NCBI GenBank assembly: GCA_964471825.1
Contig: CAYYKD010000001.1
Coordinates: 65,136 to 129,135 of the forward strand
Origin: an uncultured Spirochaetales bacterium
GTDB taxonomy: Bacteria > Spirochaetota > GWE2-31-10 > CAYYKD01
Direction: 5' to 3'
Length of the DNA: 64,000 nt
The first letter of the stretch is position 1; every line of letters starts with the position of its first letter. The position numbers and the translations under genes are program-made. A model generated the notes under the pieces. That model worked only from the letters and a program-made list of their open reading frames with translations, searched no databases and was not told the DNA's origin. Below are positions 55,055 through 64,000 of the stretch, piece after piece.

Positions 55055-57325
55055 TCATTTAAAAATATTTTCAAAGACAGCTCTTACAAATTGTACAGGT
55101 ATCAGCTCCTGTTCAAGACGATTCTTCTGAGGATAGCTGTTTAATTTCTCAAATAAGTCCAGTTCATCTGAGGTTAAATTTTCCGGTTGTGCGGCTTTGA
55201 CAACTTCACCATCCGTAACAAACTCATAGTGTCTTTCACATGTAACTCTATCCATCATAATGCTCTCCATCTGCGGAAAGTTCCCTCTCAAACCGGATAA
55301 GATCATAAATCCATGAGGATCTATATCACCCCAATAAATAATCCGCTTATCTCTAAACCACTCGGCATCCCTAATTAGTCCGACCCCAAACCCTTTCCCA
55401 AAGATAGCAAGTGTGTTTTCTATTTGCGGCATAGTAAGAAAGTTATAGATATTTGTATAGCTTGTTTTATTTTCAAGGATTATAATTCTCTTTACCGGTA
55501 ATTTCAATTTATTAAAATCGGAGACCTTTATCGATATGTCGCTTATCCCCGAAAAATATTTTAGTGCAATCTCGTTATCAAGGATATTTAACCTTATTAA
55601 TGGTTCATTGAACTTAAGGCCATACCTTTTTTCAAATACCCTTTCATTTGTCAAAGTTGAGTCCGAAATGATATCAAGGAATTCTTTCACTAGGTTCATG
55701 TTGCGTTCAATAAACTTAGTATCAACCTCTATCGGCAACTCTCTTATATACAGCTGCGGCATTGGATTTGATTTAAAGTATTTTAAAACAGAAAATATTT
55801 TTTCTTTAATCTCAGATATATAACAAATATCAGCTATATTTACGGCAAGTATTTTAACAATATCAGTTATATGCGACTCATCGAGGTTGTTCTCAAGTTG
55901 CTCATGAAGGGTTTTTAGTTTATCAGAGCTGTCCTCAATCTTTTTCTTCTCAACCTTATGAACTTCCAATTCCTTGGCGTAGAGTTCCCAATTGATTTCA
56001 TCAAAACTATCAAAACTCTTTAGGAAGAAAAGATTTCGCTCTTTCTCCTCACAGGCCGATTTATACTGATTTGATAGATTCAGCTTATCTTTTTGCACCA
56101 ATATTTCTTCTCTGCAACGAGATATCCTCTCTTCATATGTACTAATCTTCTTTCTGTTATCCCAACCGAGAATGTAACTGCGCCTGTCATCCTTCTCATG
56201 TCTGACACCGGCTGTCTTAATAAGCCCCGATTTAGTTACAGCAAAAGGGTATTTATTAAACTCATCAGCACTTTCACAACATGCAAATCCAAATCGTGAA
56301 TTTATCTCATTATATATCCAGTTATAGAAAGGGGTGTCCTCTTTGATTGCAAGCCTATTTATAACTGACATCTTATTACCATCTATTTGTATCTTTGGGG
56401 ATTTAGAATCCTCGATTCTGTAAAATACAACTCTACTCTTTAAATCAGTTTTATTGATAAAGTCGTTTATACGATCGTACAACTTTTCCGGCACCAACAT
56501 ACTCAGACCGAATGAACGCAAAAGCCTTTCAATTGCCGGCTCCCAGTCCTCAAACCCCTCTTTTACCTTCACCAATTCAGCAACAAACGGGATCTCAATC
56601 TCATTGACACCGGTACCATCAGCGATAATTTTTCTGATTTTACTATTCTCTAACGGTATCTGGCTATTTCGAGACATTAGGTGTTTAAGCTCATCCTCGT
56701 CATTATAAAGCCTTTCATTGAGATCGCGGATAACAATCCCTGTTTGTATTATGCCCTCATTAACCTCGGTTATCTTTATGGACAATTCCGACCTTAAACT
56801 CTCAATATTTAGAATATTTCTGTAGAATAACTCCTCTGAACATTCACTCTGTAGTTCAAGAGCCTTAATAATTGCCTTGTAGTTATCATATTTTCTAAGT
56901 CTATCTTGCTTCTTCTCAGAGCAAACTTTAATCTGATAATCTATCTCCATTAGCCGTTTCGAGTCCTTATCATTAGCTATCGCTTTTATCAGTGATGTCT
57001 TATCATTATCTAACCGTTCAATCAGCTCCCGGCTCTCTTGAAGTTTGTTTGTAAAGACTCCGTAGTTTGCAGTGAGTTCATTTGTTTTTTTCTTGTAAAG
57101 TTCAAGCCGGATTTTATTAAAATACAACAATAGCCCGTCAGAATATCTCTTATTATCCTCGATTTTTTGAATCAATCTTCCATACTCATCTGAGGAATTA
57201 ACCAATGGCTCAAGCGTCTTCAACTGTTCCCTTGCTCTCTCAACAGACTCATGTGCTCGGTTTAAATTATCAAAGTTCTTCAATAGAAGTGTGATTTCAT
57301 CCCGAATCTCCTCTTTCTCAAGCAT
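55055..57325 (-). CDS. Coiled-coil protein with C-terminal Toprim domain (TopoVI-A/Spo11/JetD-MksG DUF2220-like), no ATPase motifs
   Basis: 756 aa. C-terminal ~190 aa has KRIIILENKTSYTNI (conserved Glu) and DKRIIYWGDIDPHGFMIL (DxD metal-binding motif) in JetD/TopoVI-A-like spacing. N-terminal ~560 aa is helical/coiled-coil with an SMC-arm-like segment FAELVKVKEGFEDWEPAIERLLRSFGLSMLVPE. No Walker A or Walker B. Confidence 0.6.
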   Translation of the reverse strand: MLEKEEIRDEITLLLKNFDNLNRAHESVERAREQLKTLEPLVNSSDEYGRLIQKIEDNKRYSDGLLLYFNKIRLELYKKKTNELTANYGVFTNKLQESRELIERLDNDKTSLIKAIANDKDSKRLMEIDYQIKVCSEKKQDRLRKYDNYKAIIKALELQSECSEELFYRNILNIESLRSELSIKITEVNEGIIQTGIVIRDLNERLYNDEDELKHLMSRNSQIPLENSKIRKIIADGTGVNEIEIPFVAELVKVKEGFEDWEPAIERLLRSFGLSMLVPEKLYDRINDFINKTDLKSRVVFYRIEDSKSPKIQIDGNKMSVINRLAIKEDTPFYNWIYNEINSRFGFACCESADEFNKYPFAVTKSGLIKTAGVRHEKDDRRSYILGWDNRKKISTYEERISRCREEILVQKDKLNLSNQYKSACEEKERNLFFLKSFDSFDEINWELYAKELEVHKVEKKKIEDSSDKLKTLHEQLENNLDESHITDIVKILAVNIADICYISEIKEKIFSVLKYFKSNPMPQLYIRELPIEVDTKFIERNMNLVKEFLDIISDSTLTNERVFEKRYGLKFNEPLIRLNILDNEIALKYFSGISDISIKVSDFNKLKLPVKRIIILENKTSYTNIYNFLTMPQIENTLAIFGKGFGVGLIRDAEWFRDKRIIYWGDIDPHGFMILSGLRGNFPQMESIMMDRVTCERHYEFVTDGEVVKAAQPENLTSDELDLFEKLNSYPQKNRLEQELIPVQFVRAVFENIFK

Positions 57326-57413
57326 ATTTTCCCTGACAAAGTCTGTAAAATTGCCAATCTGTTTTAAGGAAACAGTATGAAAAAATAGTTCTATCCCTTT
57401 TTAGAGCGATGTT

Positions 57414-58727
57414 CTAATATTCGATCAACTCTAACAAACCTTTTTTTACAGGGTAACTATTAATAAGTTCTCCCAGAGCGATCTGTTCTTTTTGTGTAAG
57501 AGCTTTTTCGATATTCGCAATCAATTCACCCTTATCAACGAATATTTGCCCATATACAAACGCCGCATCAAAGTCTTCAACTTCACTTGCAATCTCTTTT
57601 ATATTAAAGACAACCTTTTCAGGTACTCTATAGAATAGTCTTGAAACAACCGATTCTATCTCAGGCTTATCATTTATCTGTACAAATTTCCTTTCATTAG
57701 CGAGGTTTTGGTTTTTCGTTAGCTTTATTGCCCTCGACTCGATCTCTTTAATGATATCAAGCACCCTTCTGTTGCTATCAATTGCCCGCTCATCAATAAA
57801 CCTTGCCAACTGCTCGATCAGGATAAATATTGTTTTATTAACCTTACTGCCGGATTCTGTCAAACTATATTTTAATCGCCTAATAAAAGTATCATCAGAC
57901 AATCCTTTAACCTCGTCCATTTCTATAAGTTGTCTGATAAGATAATCAAGCTCATCCAGCCTGGTCTGTGATAGAAGAAGCTCCCAGAATGAACGGAAAC
58001 TCCGCCCCTGATCTGTTTCCCATATAGACCCCTGCATATTAAAAAAGTTGTCAACAACATCCCCTTTAGCGACAGAAACATCAGAGAGTTTTACCCTTAT
58101 CATTCTATCAAGATCTCGGAAGTTATACTCTACCTGCCTAAAATCACCTATCAATCTCCTTGCTGTATCGGTCAACTCAAAGAATCTTTCCTTAATTTGA
58201 GTATTATCAAGCGTCTCTATAACCCCGGCATCTATCTTGTCAATTTCTGCCTGTAATTTTAATTTCTCTTCATGCAGCTCCTTTAGACGGACTTTAGGAT
58301 CACTGGAACTTTTATACACAATCTCCCGCAATAGATCAAAGATCTTAATCATACGGGACTCAGTGCCTACAAAATCCCTCTCCTTAAGATCATCAATCCA
58401 CTCAATTGCCTTCTCCATGGCCGGTGTCATTTCATACAGCGGCTCATCCCCTGATTCTCCATAATACTTTCTTAAGATACCGTCATCCGCCCACTGAGTA
58501 AGATAGGATTCCGGTGACAATGGATACGACTCGTCGCTGTAGTTCTGATTGAGATAGTATATGTAATCTGTGAGTTTAACGGTAATATCTTTATGTTGTA
58601 TTACAGAACGGTTATCGTTCTTAAAAACGCCATATAGAAACCCCGCAACAAATGGGAGAGTCTCTTTGCTTAATATCTTAAGAGTTGTATTATTATTTTT
58701 GTAGTATCGTATATCCTCAAAGTTCAT
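57414..58727 (-). CDS. Helical protein, partner of the Toprim protein; N-terminal region resembles my recollection of the JetA/DUF3375 (MksF kleisin-like) family
   Basis: 437 aa. No nucleotide-binding motifs. YLTQWADDGILRKYYGESGDEPLYEMTPAMEKAIEWIDDL and DFRQVEYNFRDLDRMIR resemble DUF3375-type blocks from memory. 88-bp gap to the downstream Toprim gene on the same strand. Confidence 0.4.
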   Translation of the reverse strand: MNFEDIRYYKNNNTTLKILSKETLPFVAGFLYGVFKNDNRSVIQHKDITVKLTDYIYYLNQNYSDESYPLSPESYLTQWADDGILRKYYGESGDEPLYEMTPAMEKAIEWIDDLKERDFVGTESRMIKIFDLLREIVYKSSSDPKVRLKELHEEKLKLQAEIDKIDAGVIETLDNTQIKERFFELTDTARRLIGDFRQVEYNFRDLDRMIRVKLSDVSVAKGDVVDNFFNMQGSIWETDQGRSFRSFWELLLSQTRLDELDYLIRQLIEMDEVKGLSDDTFIRRLKYSLTESGSKVNKTIFILIEQLARFIDERAIDSNRRVLDIIKEIESRAIKLTKNQNLANERKFVQINDKPEIESVVSRLFYRVPEKVVFNIKEIASEVEDFDAAFVYGQIFVDKGELIANIEKALTQKEQIALGELINSYPVKKGLLELIEY

Positions 58728-58911
58728 AAATCAGTAATAATATATTTTTTCATAAATATCAATAAATCCTAATCATCTTTCTTATTCATCTATTTGTCGA
58801 ATTACTCACATCACCGGCTATAGTGCGGATTTTCTATAAACACAAAAAAAAACAATTGTTTATTTTTATTTATTATTATATAAATCTTAATAATTTTTTC
58901 GGGAGAGAATA

Positions 58912-60183
58912 ATGCTTGACATAAAATTTATTAAAGATAATGCAGAGACAGTTAAAGATAATATTGCAAAGCGATTTGTAAAGGCCGATGTAGACAAACT
59001 TCTTGAGATCTACTCACAGAGAAATGACATAATCACTAAGGCTGATGCTCTAAGGCAGAAAAGAAATGAGAATGCCGCATCGCTAAAATCTCAAAATGAC
59101 TACCAAAAAAGAGTTTCACTTATCGAAGAGGGTAAAAGGCTAAAAGATGAGCTATATACCTATGAAGATAAAGAGATCAAAATAAATAAACTTTTTATCG
59201 AAGAGATGTATAAAATTCCCAATATGACCCACCCTGACACGCCTATTGGACCTGAAGAAAAGGACAGTAAGGAATTAAGAAAAGTTGGAGCAATCCCTGA
59301 GTTTGACTTTGAAGTTAAAGATCACACTGTTCTTGGTAAGGAACTTGATATTATTGATTTTGAATCAGGTGCAAAAGTATCAGGACAGAAATTCTATTAT
59401 CTAAAAAATGAAGGTGCATTATTAGAGTTGGCACTTATTCAGTTTGCTATAGGTCTCCTAGTGTCTAAAGGATTTACCCCGGTTTTAACACCCGATCTTG
59501 CAAGAGAGTCTATCCTTGAGGGGATTGGCTTTAACCCGCGAGGAAATGAAACTAATGTCTATATGGTAGAAAATACTGATCTCTGTCTTGTGGGTACAGC
59601 AGAGATAACACTTGGCGGAATGTATTCAAACACAGTTATTGATAGAGAAAAGCTGCCTATAAAGATGGTTGGACTAAGCCATTGTTTTAGAACCGAGGCA
59701 GGAGCAGCAGGCAAAGCACAGAAAGGACTCTATAGAGTTCATCAGTTTAGTAAGGTTGAAATGTTTGCAATTTCATTACCTGAGGACGCAGCAGGGATTC
59801 ATGAAGAACTTAGAGAGATCGAAGAGGAGATTGTGTCTAAACTTGGTATACCATATAGAGTACTTGACATAGCGTCAGGTGATCTCGGAAATCCAGCCTA
59901 CAAGAAATACGATCTTGAAGCATGGATGCCGGGCAAAGGTGAATATGGCGAGATTACATCAACTTCTAACTGTACAGATTACCAATCAAGAAGACTTAAT
60001 GTAAAATACAAGACTGAGAACGGCAAGGCTGACTACACCAGCATGTTAAATGGCACTGCAGTTGCGATACCACGAATGATTATTTCTATTATTGAGAATT
60101 TTCAGACTAAAGATGGTGAAGTTATAATCCCTGAAGCACTACACCCGTATATGTTTGGAATAAAGAAGATAAGCAAAAAGTAA
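58912..60183 (+). CDS. serS: Seryl-tRNA synthetase
   Basis: 423 aa. N-terminal coiled-coil arm. Class II motifs (GLYRVHQFSKVEMF, TSTSNCTDYQSRRLN, NGTAVAIPR). Confidence 0.9.
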   Translation: MLDIKFIKDNAETVKDNIAKRFVKADVDKLLEIYSQRNDIITKADALRQKRNENAASLKSQNDYQKRVSLIEEGKRLKDELYTYEDKEIKINKLFIEEMYKIPNMTHPDTPIGPEEKDSKELRKVGAIPEFDFEVKDHTVLGKELDIIDFESGAKVSGQKFYYLKNEGALLELALIQFAIGLLVSKGFTPVLTPDLARESILEGIGFNPRGNETNVYMVENTDLCLVGTAEITLGGMYSNTVIDREKLPIKMVGLSHCFRTEAGAAGKAQKGLYRVHQFSKVEMFAISLPEDAAGIHEELREIEEEIVSKLGIPYRVLDIASGDLGNPAYKKYDLEAWMPGKGEYGEITSTSNCTDYQSRRLNVKYKTENGKADYTSMLNGTAVAIPRMIISIIENFQTKDGEVIIPEALHPYMFGIKKISKK

Positions 60184-60267
60184 AAAATATATTCAAAAAA
60201 CAAAAATTATTATTTGAATTTGATTGAATTTACTGGTATAATCATTCAATAGCATGGGAGGGTATTT

Positions 60268-60798
60268 ATGAGGGATTGCGAACAGAATTATGCTCCTACC
60301 AAATTTTATGCTCTTGAAGAAACTGATCAGTATAGAAGATATGTTGTACTCTGTTCAGAAATTACCGTAATGAAGAAGTTACTATTAAGGATGCTTGATT
60401 TTTTTAATGCAGATCTTGTAGTTATGATAAAAACAGTTGTAGCTTACGATGAAATATCCAAGGAATACGACTGGGATTATTACACAGGAGATTCTAACAG
60501 AGATCGTGTACTTGACTCAATAAATATGTTTGAGGATTATATTTTTCATGATCCCTCTCACCAATTACTGGTAAGAGACAAGAGAAGCCATGACTATTTT
60601 ACATTTGATGAACATGGCACATTATTTATTTACACAGATAGAAATGTTGAATATATTCTAGAACAGCATAGCATCCCTTTTGAAAATAATCACAATCTAA
60701 AGTGGGAATGCGGTCAAATAAAATATGTGATGGGTTCACTATGTGAAAACTTTGAAAAACTAAAAAATTATTTAGGTCTATCGATTAGAAAAACTTAG
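60268..60798 (+). CDS. Hypothetical cytoplasmic protein (176 aa), no recognisable domain
   Basis: ORF with GGGAGGG RBS (60253-60259). Aromatic/acidic composition. Followed by a strong hairpin terminator. Confidence 0.45.
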   Translation: MRDCEQNYAPTKFYALEETDQYRRYVVLCSEITVMKKLLLRMLDFFNADLVVMIKTVVAYDEISKEYDWDYYTGDSNRDRVLDSINMFEDYIFHDPSHQLLVRDKRSHDYFTFDEHGTLFIYTDRNVEYILEQHSIPFENNHNLKWECGQIKYVMGSLCENFEKLKNYLGLSIRKT

Positions 60799-60844
60799 TT
60801 CTATTCATAGGTGTTTCATAGGTGTAGTATAAAATAATATTAAT

Positions 60845-60892
60845 GAGGCTCTTGCAAAAATTTCATTTGTTTTTTTTGCAAGAGCTTCTTAT
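60845..60892 (+). terminator. Rho-independent terminator (13-bp stem GCTCTTGCAAAAA, 12-nt loop, T-rich tail); stem sequence shared with the element at 4975-5069
   Basis: gaggctcttgcaaaaa at 60845-60860 pairs with tttttgcaagagc at 60873-60885. Followed by ttcttatttcc. Confidence 0.65.
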
Positions 60893-61001
60893 TTCCTTAT
60901 TTGTATTGTTTCATTAGTATTATTATGACTGTAATAACAGTTGTTTTTTACGAGGAATTTTGCAATTATTAAAAAGAAAAAAAATAAATTTGGAGGATAT
61001 A

Positions 61002-61838
61002 ATGATTAAAGTAAACGATAAGGACATCTCCTTTAAGGAATTTGAGTTGTCCTGCAGAGATGCAATGATGAGAAGCGGTGTTCAAACATTAAGCAGGGAA
61101 GATAAGTTGGGTGTTGCCAATAGACTAATTGATGCAGTACTTCTTCTTGAGGAAGCCAAAAAAAGCTCTGTCGTAGTCCCATCTGACGATGTAAACTGGG
61201 CTATCGAAAAAATTAAATCTCAATTTAAAACCAAGGATGAATTTGAGAATGCAATCAAACAAACTAACAATACCGAAGAGTCTCTTAGGGAAAAAGTAAG
61301 AGACGATATGCTCCTAAGAAGGTATATTGATGAAACCTATACATCAACAATAACGATTGAGGACGAAGCTGTATCAAACTATTTTGCTGATAACAAGGAC
61401 GCTTTTCACAAAGAAGAAACAGTAAAAGCAAACCACATCCTTTTTTCTCCTGACGACAAGTCAAATGCAGAATCTGTTCTAAAAGAGATCACTGATGGAG
61501 CTGACTTTGAGGAGATGGCTAAGAAACATTCTAAATGTCCCAGCGGGGCAAGAGGCGGTAGTCTTGGAGAGTTTGGTAGAGGCCGAATGGTCAAGCCTTT
61601 TGAGGATGCAGCTTTTGCCTGCGGAGTCAATGAAGTCACAAATCTGATTGAAACTCAATTCGGATGGCACATTATTAAGGTAACCGATAAGTCTGAGCCG
61701 GAGGAAACTGAGTTTGATACTGTAAAAGACGATATCAGAAACTACCTTCTAAGCGAACAACTGGGTGCATTATTAGATAAGAAGGTCTCTGACCTAAGAT
61801 CTATCAGTAACATTAATATTGACGAATCGATGCTCTAG
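61002..61838 (+). CDS. Parvulin-type peptidyl-prolyl cis-trans isomerase (PpiC/PrsA/SurA-like)
   Basis: Parvulin domain ANHILFSPDD...GGSLGEFGRGRMVKPFEDAAFA...GWHIIKV. Start is probably the ATG at 61002 after the GGAGG RBS (track ORF begins at 60960). No obvious signal peptide. Confidence 0.75.
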   Translation: MIKVNDKDISFKEFELSCRDAMMRSGVQTLSREDKLGVANRLIDAVLLLEEAKKSSVVVPSDDVNWAIEKIKSQFKTKDEFENAIKQTNNTEESLREKVRDDMLLRRYIDETYTSTITIEDEAVSNYFADNKDAFHKEETVKANHILFSPDDKSNAESVLKEITDGADFEEMAKKHSKCPSGARGGSLGEFGRGRMVKPFEDAAFACGVNEVTNLIETQFGWHIIKVTDKSEPEETEFDTVKDDIRNYLLSEQLGALLDKKVSDLRSISNINIDESML

Positions 61839-61846
61839 GAAAAACA

Positions 61847-63301
61847 ATGAATTTAAAACTATGCAGACCACCTGTTTTTCTAATTGTAATTATTCTTTCT
61901 ATAACTTCTATAGTGATTTCTACTTACAGTTTGTTTAAGACAGGCAGTATAGTTAAGCCGGTACTGGCATCAACAGAGGATTATTCATCTGCACTAGCCC
62001 AATCTAAACAGGTACAGCAGATATTTAATCAGATCGCACGAAGAGTTGTTCCTGCTGTAGTTAGGATTAATGTATCACGAATTGATAACGACCCCGGTTC
62101 AAAGACAGGAAAAACAATTGAAACAAAATCGTTTGGTTCGGGGGTAATCATCGAAAAAACCGATGGTTATTATTATATTCTAACGAATGAACATGTTGTT
62201 GTTCGTGCAAATTCCATTGAAATAACATTATTCAATAATACGACAATTGAAGCTGAGTATATCGGAGTTGATAAACGATCAGATATTGGTCTAATAAGAG
62301 TTAAGACAGAGGAAGCTCTGTCTGTCGCCAAGGTTGGCGATTCCGATATGGTTACTGTTGGTGACTGGGCAATATGCATTGGTAATCCACTTGGTTTTAA
62401 TGGCAGTCTAAGTGTAGGTGTTATAAGTGCTTTAGGCAGATCTATGTTTAATAGAGATTTTTCTACTGACTTTATACAAACTGATGCCGCTGTTAATCCG
62501 GGAAATTCCGGTGGACCTCTGTTAAATATCGATGGCGAAATTGTTGGACTTGCAAGTTGGATTGCGACAGATACCGGAGCAAATACCGGATTGAGCTTTG
62601 CAGTGCCGATTAATAATGCAATGATGATCTACAGAGAATTAAAAGAAAAAAGATCTGTCGAGTATGCATGGCTTGGGGTTATGATCAAATCACTTACAGA
62701 TGAGGACTTCAGAAAATCGATCGGTGAAAAGAGACGATCTGGTGCATATATAACAGAGGTCATAAATAATTCACCTGCATCTAAGTCGGGATTTGCGATA
62801 GGCGATGTAATAGTTGCTATTGATAACACAACTATTACAAATTCAAATGAATTAATCTGGAGTATAAGCAAACTTAGGCCGGGGGCAGCTGTCAAGGTTA
62901 TATTTTTTAGAAATGGTATAGAAAAATCTATGTCAGTTATTCTTGAAACCAGACCTGGAACTGAAGTCGCAAATAATAAAACAGAGAGTCAAAATTCTCA
63001 ATTGCAGACTGCAGAGATCCTTGGGGCCACAGTAACGACTATTGATAACAATCTTGCTTCAAAGTACTCAATTACAAAGGCTAAGAATGGCGTGGTTGTA
63101 ATCAAAATAATTCCGGAATCACCATCAGAACTCTATGGTGTTCTTGAAGGTGACCTAATTACAAGAATCAACTCTACAGAAATAAAAACAGTTAATGATG
63201 TTGCCCAATTTAATAATTCAATTAACCCGTCGGTCAATAAACAATTTTTCCTATATATTATTAGGGGAAATAGAGAATTTGTTTTAGGCATTCAGAGATA
63301 A
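61847..63301 (+). CDS. htrA: HtrA/DegP-family periplasmic serine protease (trypsin-like domain plus two PDZ domains)
   Basis: 484 aa. N-terminal TM/signal. Catalytic triad contexts TNEHVV, DIGLIRV, GNSGGPLLN. Two PDZ-like regions (YAWLGV..., ILGATV...). Confidence 0.85.
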   Translation: MNLKLCRPPVFLIVIILSITSIVISTYSLFKTGSIVKPVLASTEDYSSALAQSKQVQQIFNQIARRVVPAVVRINVSRIDNDPGSKTGKTIETKSFGSGVIIEKTDGYYYILTNEHVVVRANSIEITLFNNTTIEAEYIGVDKRSDIGLIRVKTEEALSVAKVGDSDMVTVGDWAICIGNPLGFNGSLSVGVISALGRSMFNRDFSTDFIQTDAAVNPGNSGGPLLNIDGEIVGLASWIATDTGANTGLSFAVPINNAMMIYRELKEKRSVEYAWLGVMIKSLTDEDFRKSIGEKRRSGAYITEVINNSPASKSGFAIGDVIVAIDNTTITNSNELIWSISKLRPGAAVKVIFFRNGIEKSMSVILETRPGTEVANNKTESQNSQLQTAEILGATVTTIDNNLASKYSITKAKNGVVVIKIIPESPSELYGVLEGDLITRINSTEIKTVNDVAQFNNSINPSVNKQFFLYIIRGNREFVLGIQR

Positions 63302-63336
63302 CTCTCTAAATATATATTAAAAATAGGAGTAAGAAA

Positions 63337-63924
63337 ATGAAAGGAACAATTATTTACAAGGCAAGGGGACCAATATATACATTATTTCCAATATCACTTA
63401 TTGCATATTATCTGTTCAACCCTGATTTTAAAACTACCGCAGTATGGTTTTTTTCTGGTATTGCATTGATAATTTTAGGTGGAATTATCAGATTTTTTTG
63501 TGCGTCTTATATCGGAACCTGTGGAAGAGCATTTAATGTTAATGTTCCAAAACTGCGAACAACAGGTCCATACACATATGTTCGTAATCCAATCTATATT
63601 GCAAATTTTCTATGGATCGGCGGTATGGCTATTATGGCACGATTACCGTGGATGATCCCTGTTTTCTATGCTATTCTGATATTAATCTATATCAGCATAA
63701 TTCCATTTGAAGAAAGTTACCTACTTCAGACATTTGGTGATGAATACAGAGAATACTGCAAAAAGGTTCATAGAATAATTCCTAAACTTAATCCGCGTGG
63801 ACCTAAGGAAGAAAGGCACTACGACCTAAAAAAAGGACTTGTCAACGAGATGCATACATTTTTGTTGTTTGTCTCTGCTATTGGTATTATCTACTTTATT
63901 ACCTTTACGAGGGGCGGTTTATAA
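63337..63924 (+). CDS. Isoprenylcysteine carboxyl methyltransferase (ICMT/PEMT)-family membrane methyltransferase
   Basis: 195 aa. Multi-TM. TTGPYTYVRNPIYIANFLWIGG and FEESYLLQTFGDEYREY match the ICMT family signature (G.Y...RHP.Y.G ... EE..L...FG..Y..Y). Confidence 0.7.
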   Translation: MKGTIIYKARGPIYTLFPISLIAYYLFNPDFKTTAVWFFSGIALIILGGIIRFFCASYIGTCGRAFNVNVPKLRTTGPYTYVRNPIYIANFLWIGGMAIMARLPWMIPVFYAILILIYISIIPFEESYLLQTFGDEYREYCKKVHRIIPKLNPRGPKEERHYDLKKGLVNEMHTFLLFVSAIGIIYFITFTRGGL

Positions 63925-64000
63925 AATTATATTCAAGGCCTCTACTATAGGCCTCTACATTTGTAGGACTTTACATTTATAGAACTTTATATTTGTTATT

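Noticed and set aside
55055-58727. Complete Wadjet (JetABCD) or MksBEFG system
   Set aside because: Only two genes are present, neither has Walker A/B motifs, and no ~1100-aa SMC ATPase (JetC/MksB) or DUF4194 (JetB/MksE) gene is in the window. Only the JetD-like Toprim and a possible JetA-like partner are seen, so it is reported as a reduced or novel variant instead.
63941-63968. Possible terminator after the ICMT-family gene (two AGGCCT palindromes 8 nt apart)
   Set aside because: Stem only about 6 bp with no convincing T-tract. Too weak to call.
1-64000. tRNA/rRNA genes, IS elements, integrases, prophage genes
   Set aside because: No cloverleaf-like GC-rich 70-90-nt segments stand out in intergenic regions. 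No transposase, integrase or recombinase-like ORFs and no terminal inverted repeats flank the accessory cassettes.

Overview
Low-GC spirochaete-type chromosomal window. Its core (32.5-49.3 kb, minus strand) is a complete Borrelia/Treponema-style motility operon: fliK-like, flgD, flgE, flbD, motA, motB, fliL, fliM, fliY, fliZ, fliP, fliQ, fliR, flhB, flhA, flhF, flhG. A second flagellar unit sits at the left edge (flgN-like, flgK, partial flgL). No sigma-28 consensus was seen, which suggests Borrelia-like sigma-70 control of the flagellar genes. Housekeeping genes present are rpmF-plsX, truA, serS, a parvulin PPIase, htrA and an ICMT-family methyltransferase. Accessory content: a secreted WD40-caspase (peptidase C14) fusion next to a Maf/DUF115-like protein; a cAMP-signalling cluster (class III adenylate cyclase, coiled-coil membrane protein, transporter-HEAT fusion, stand-alone cNMP-binding protein); a TetR / MMPL / LolA-like / DUF1302-like cassette; and a substrate-binding-protein-coupled giant hybrid sensor kinase abutting the flagellar operon. 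The most unusual locus is a two-gene minus-strand cassette at 55.0-58.7 kb between serS and a repeat-protein gene. It encodes a 437-aa helical protein, whose N-terminal region resembles what I recall of JetA/DUF3375 (MksF-like) proteins, and a 756-aa coiled-coil protein ending in a Toprim (TopoVI-A/Spo11/JetD-MksG DUF2220-like) nuclease domain. No SMC-type ATPase is present. It looks like a Wadjet-related but ATPase-less candidate DNA-targeting or defence system that is not a described type. Other notable signals: a 42-bp x6 in-frame tandem repeat coding a Met/Gly/Asn/Pro-rich linker in FliY; a palindromic terminator-like element sharing a 17-mer stem at two loci; and AT-rich direct repeats with a common TAGAATTT core upstream of two minus-strand transcription units. 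No CRISPR array, tRNA or rRNA genes, or obvious transposase/IS elements were seen. All calls are from reading the sequence and the ORF track; no database search was run.
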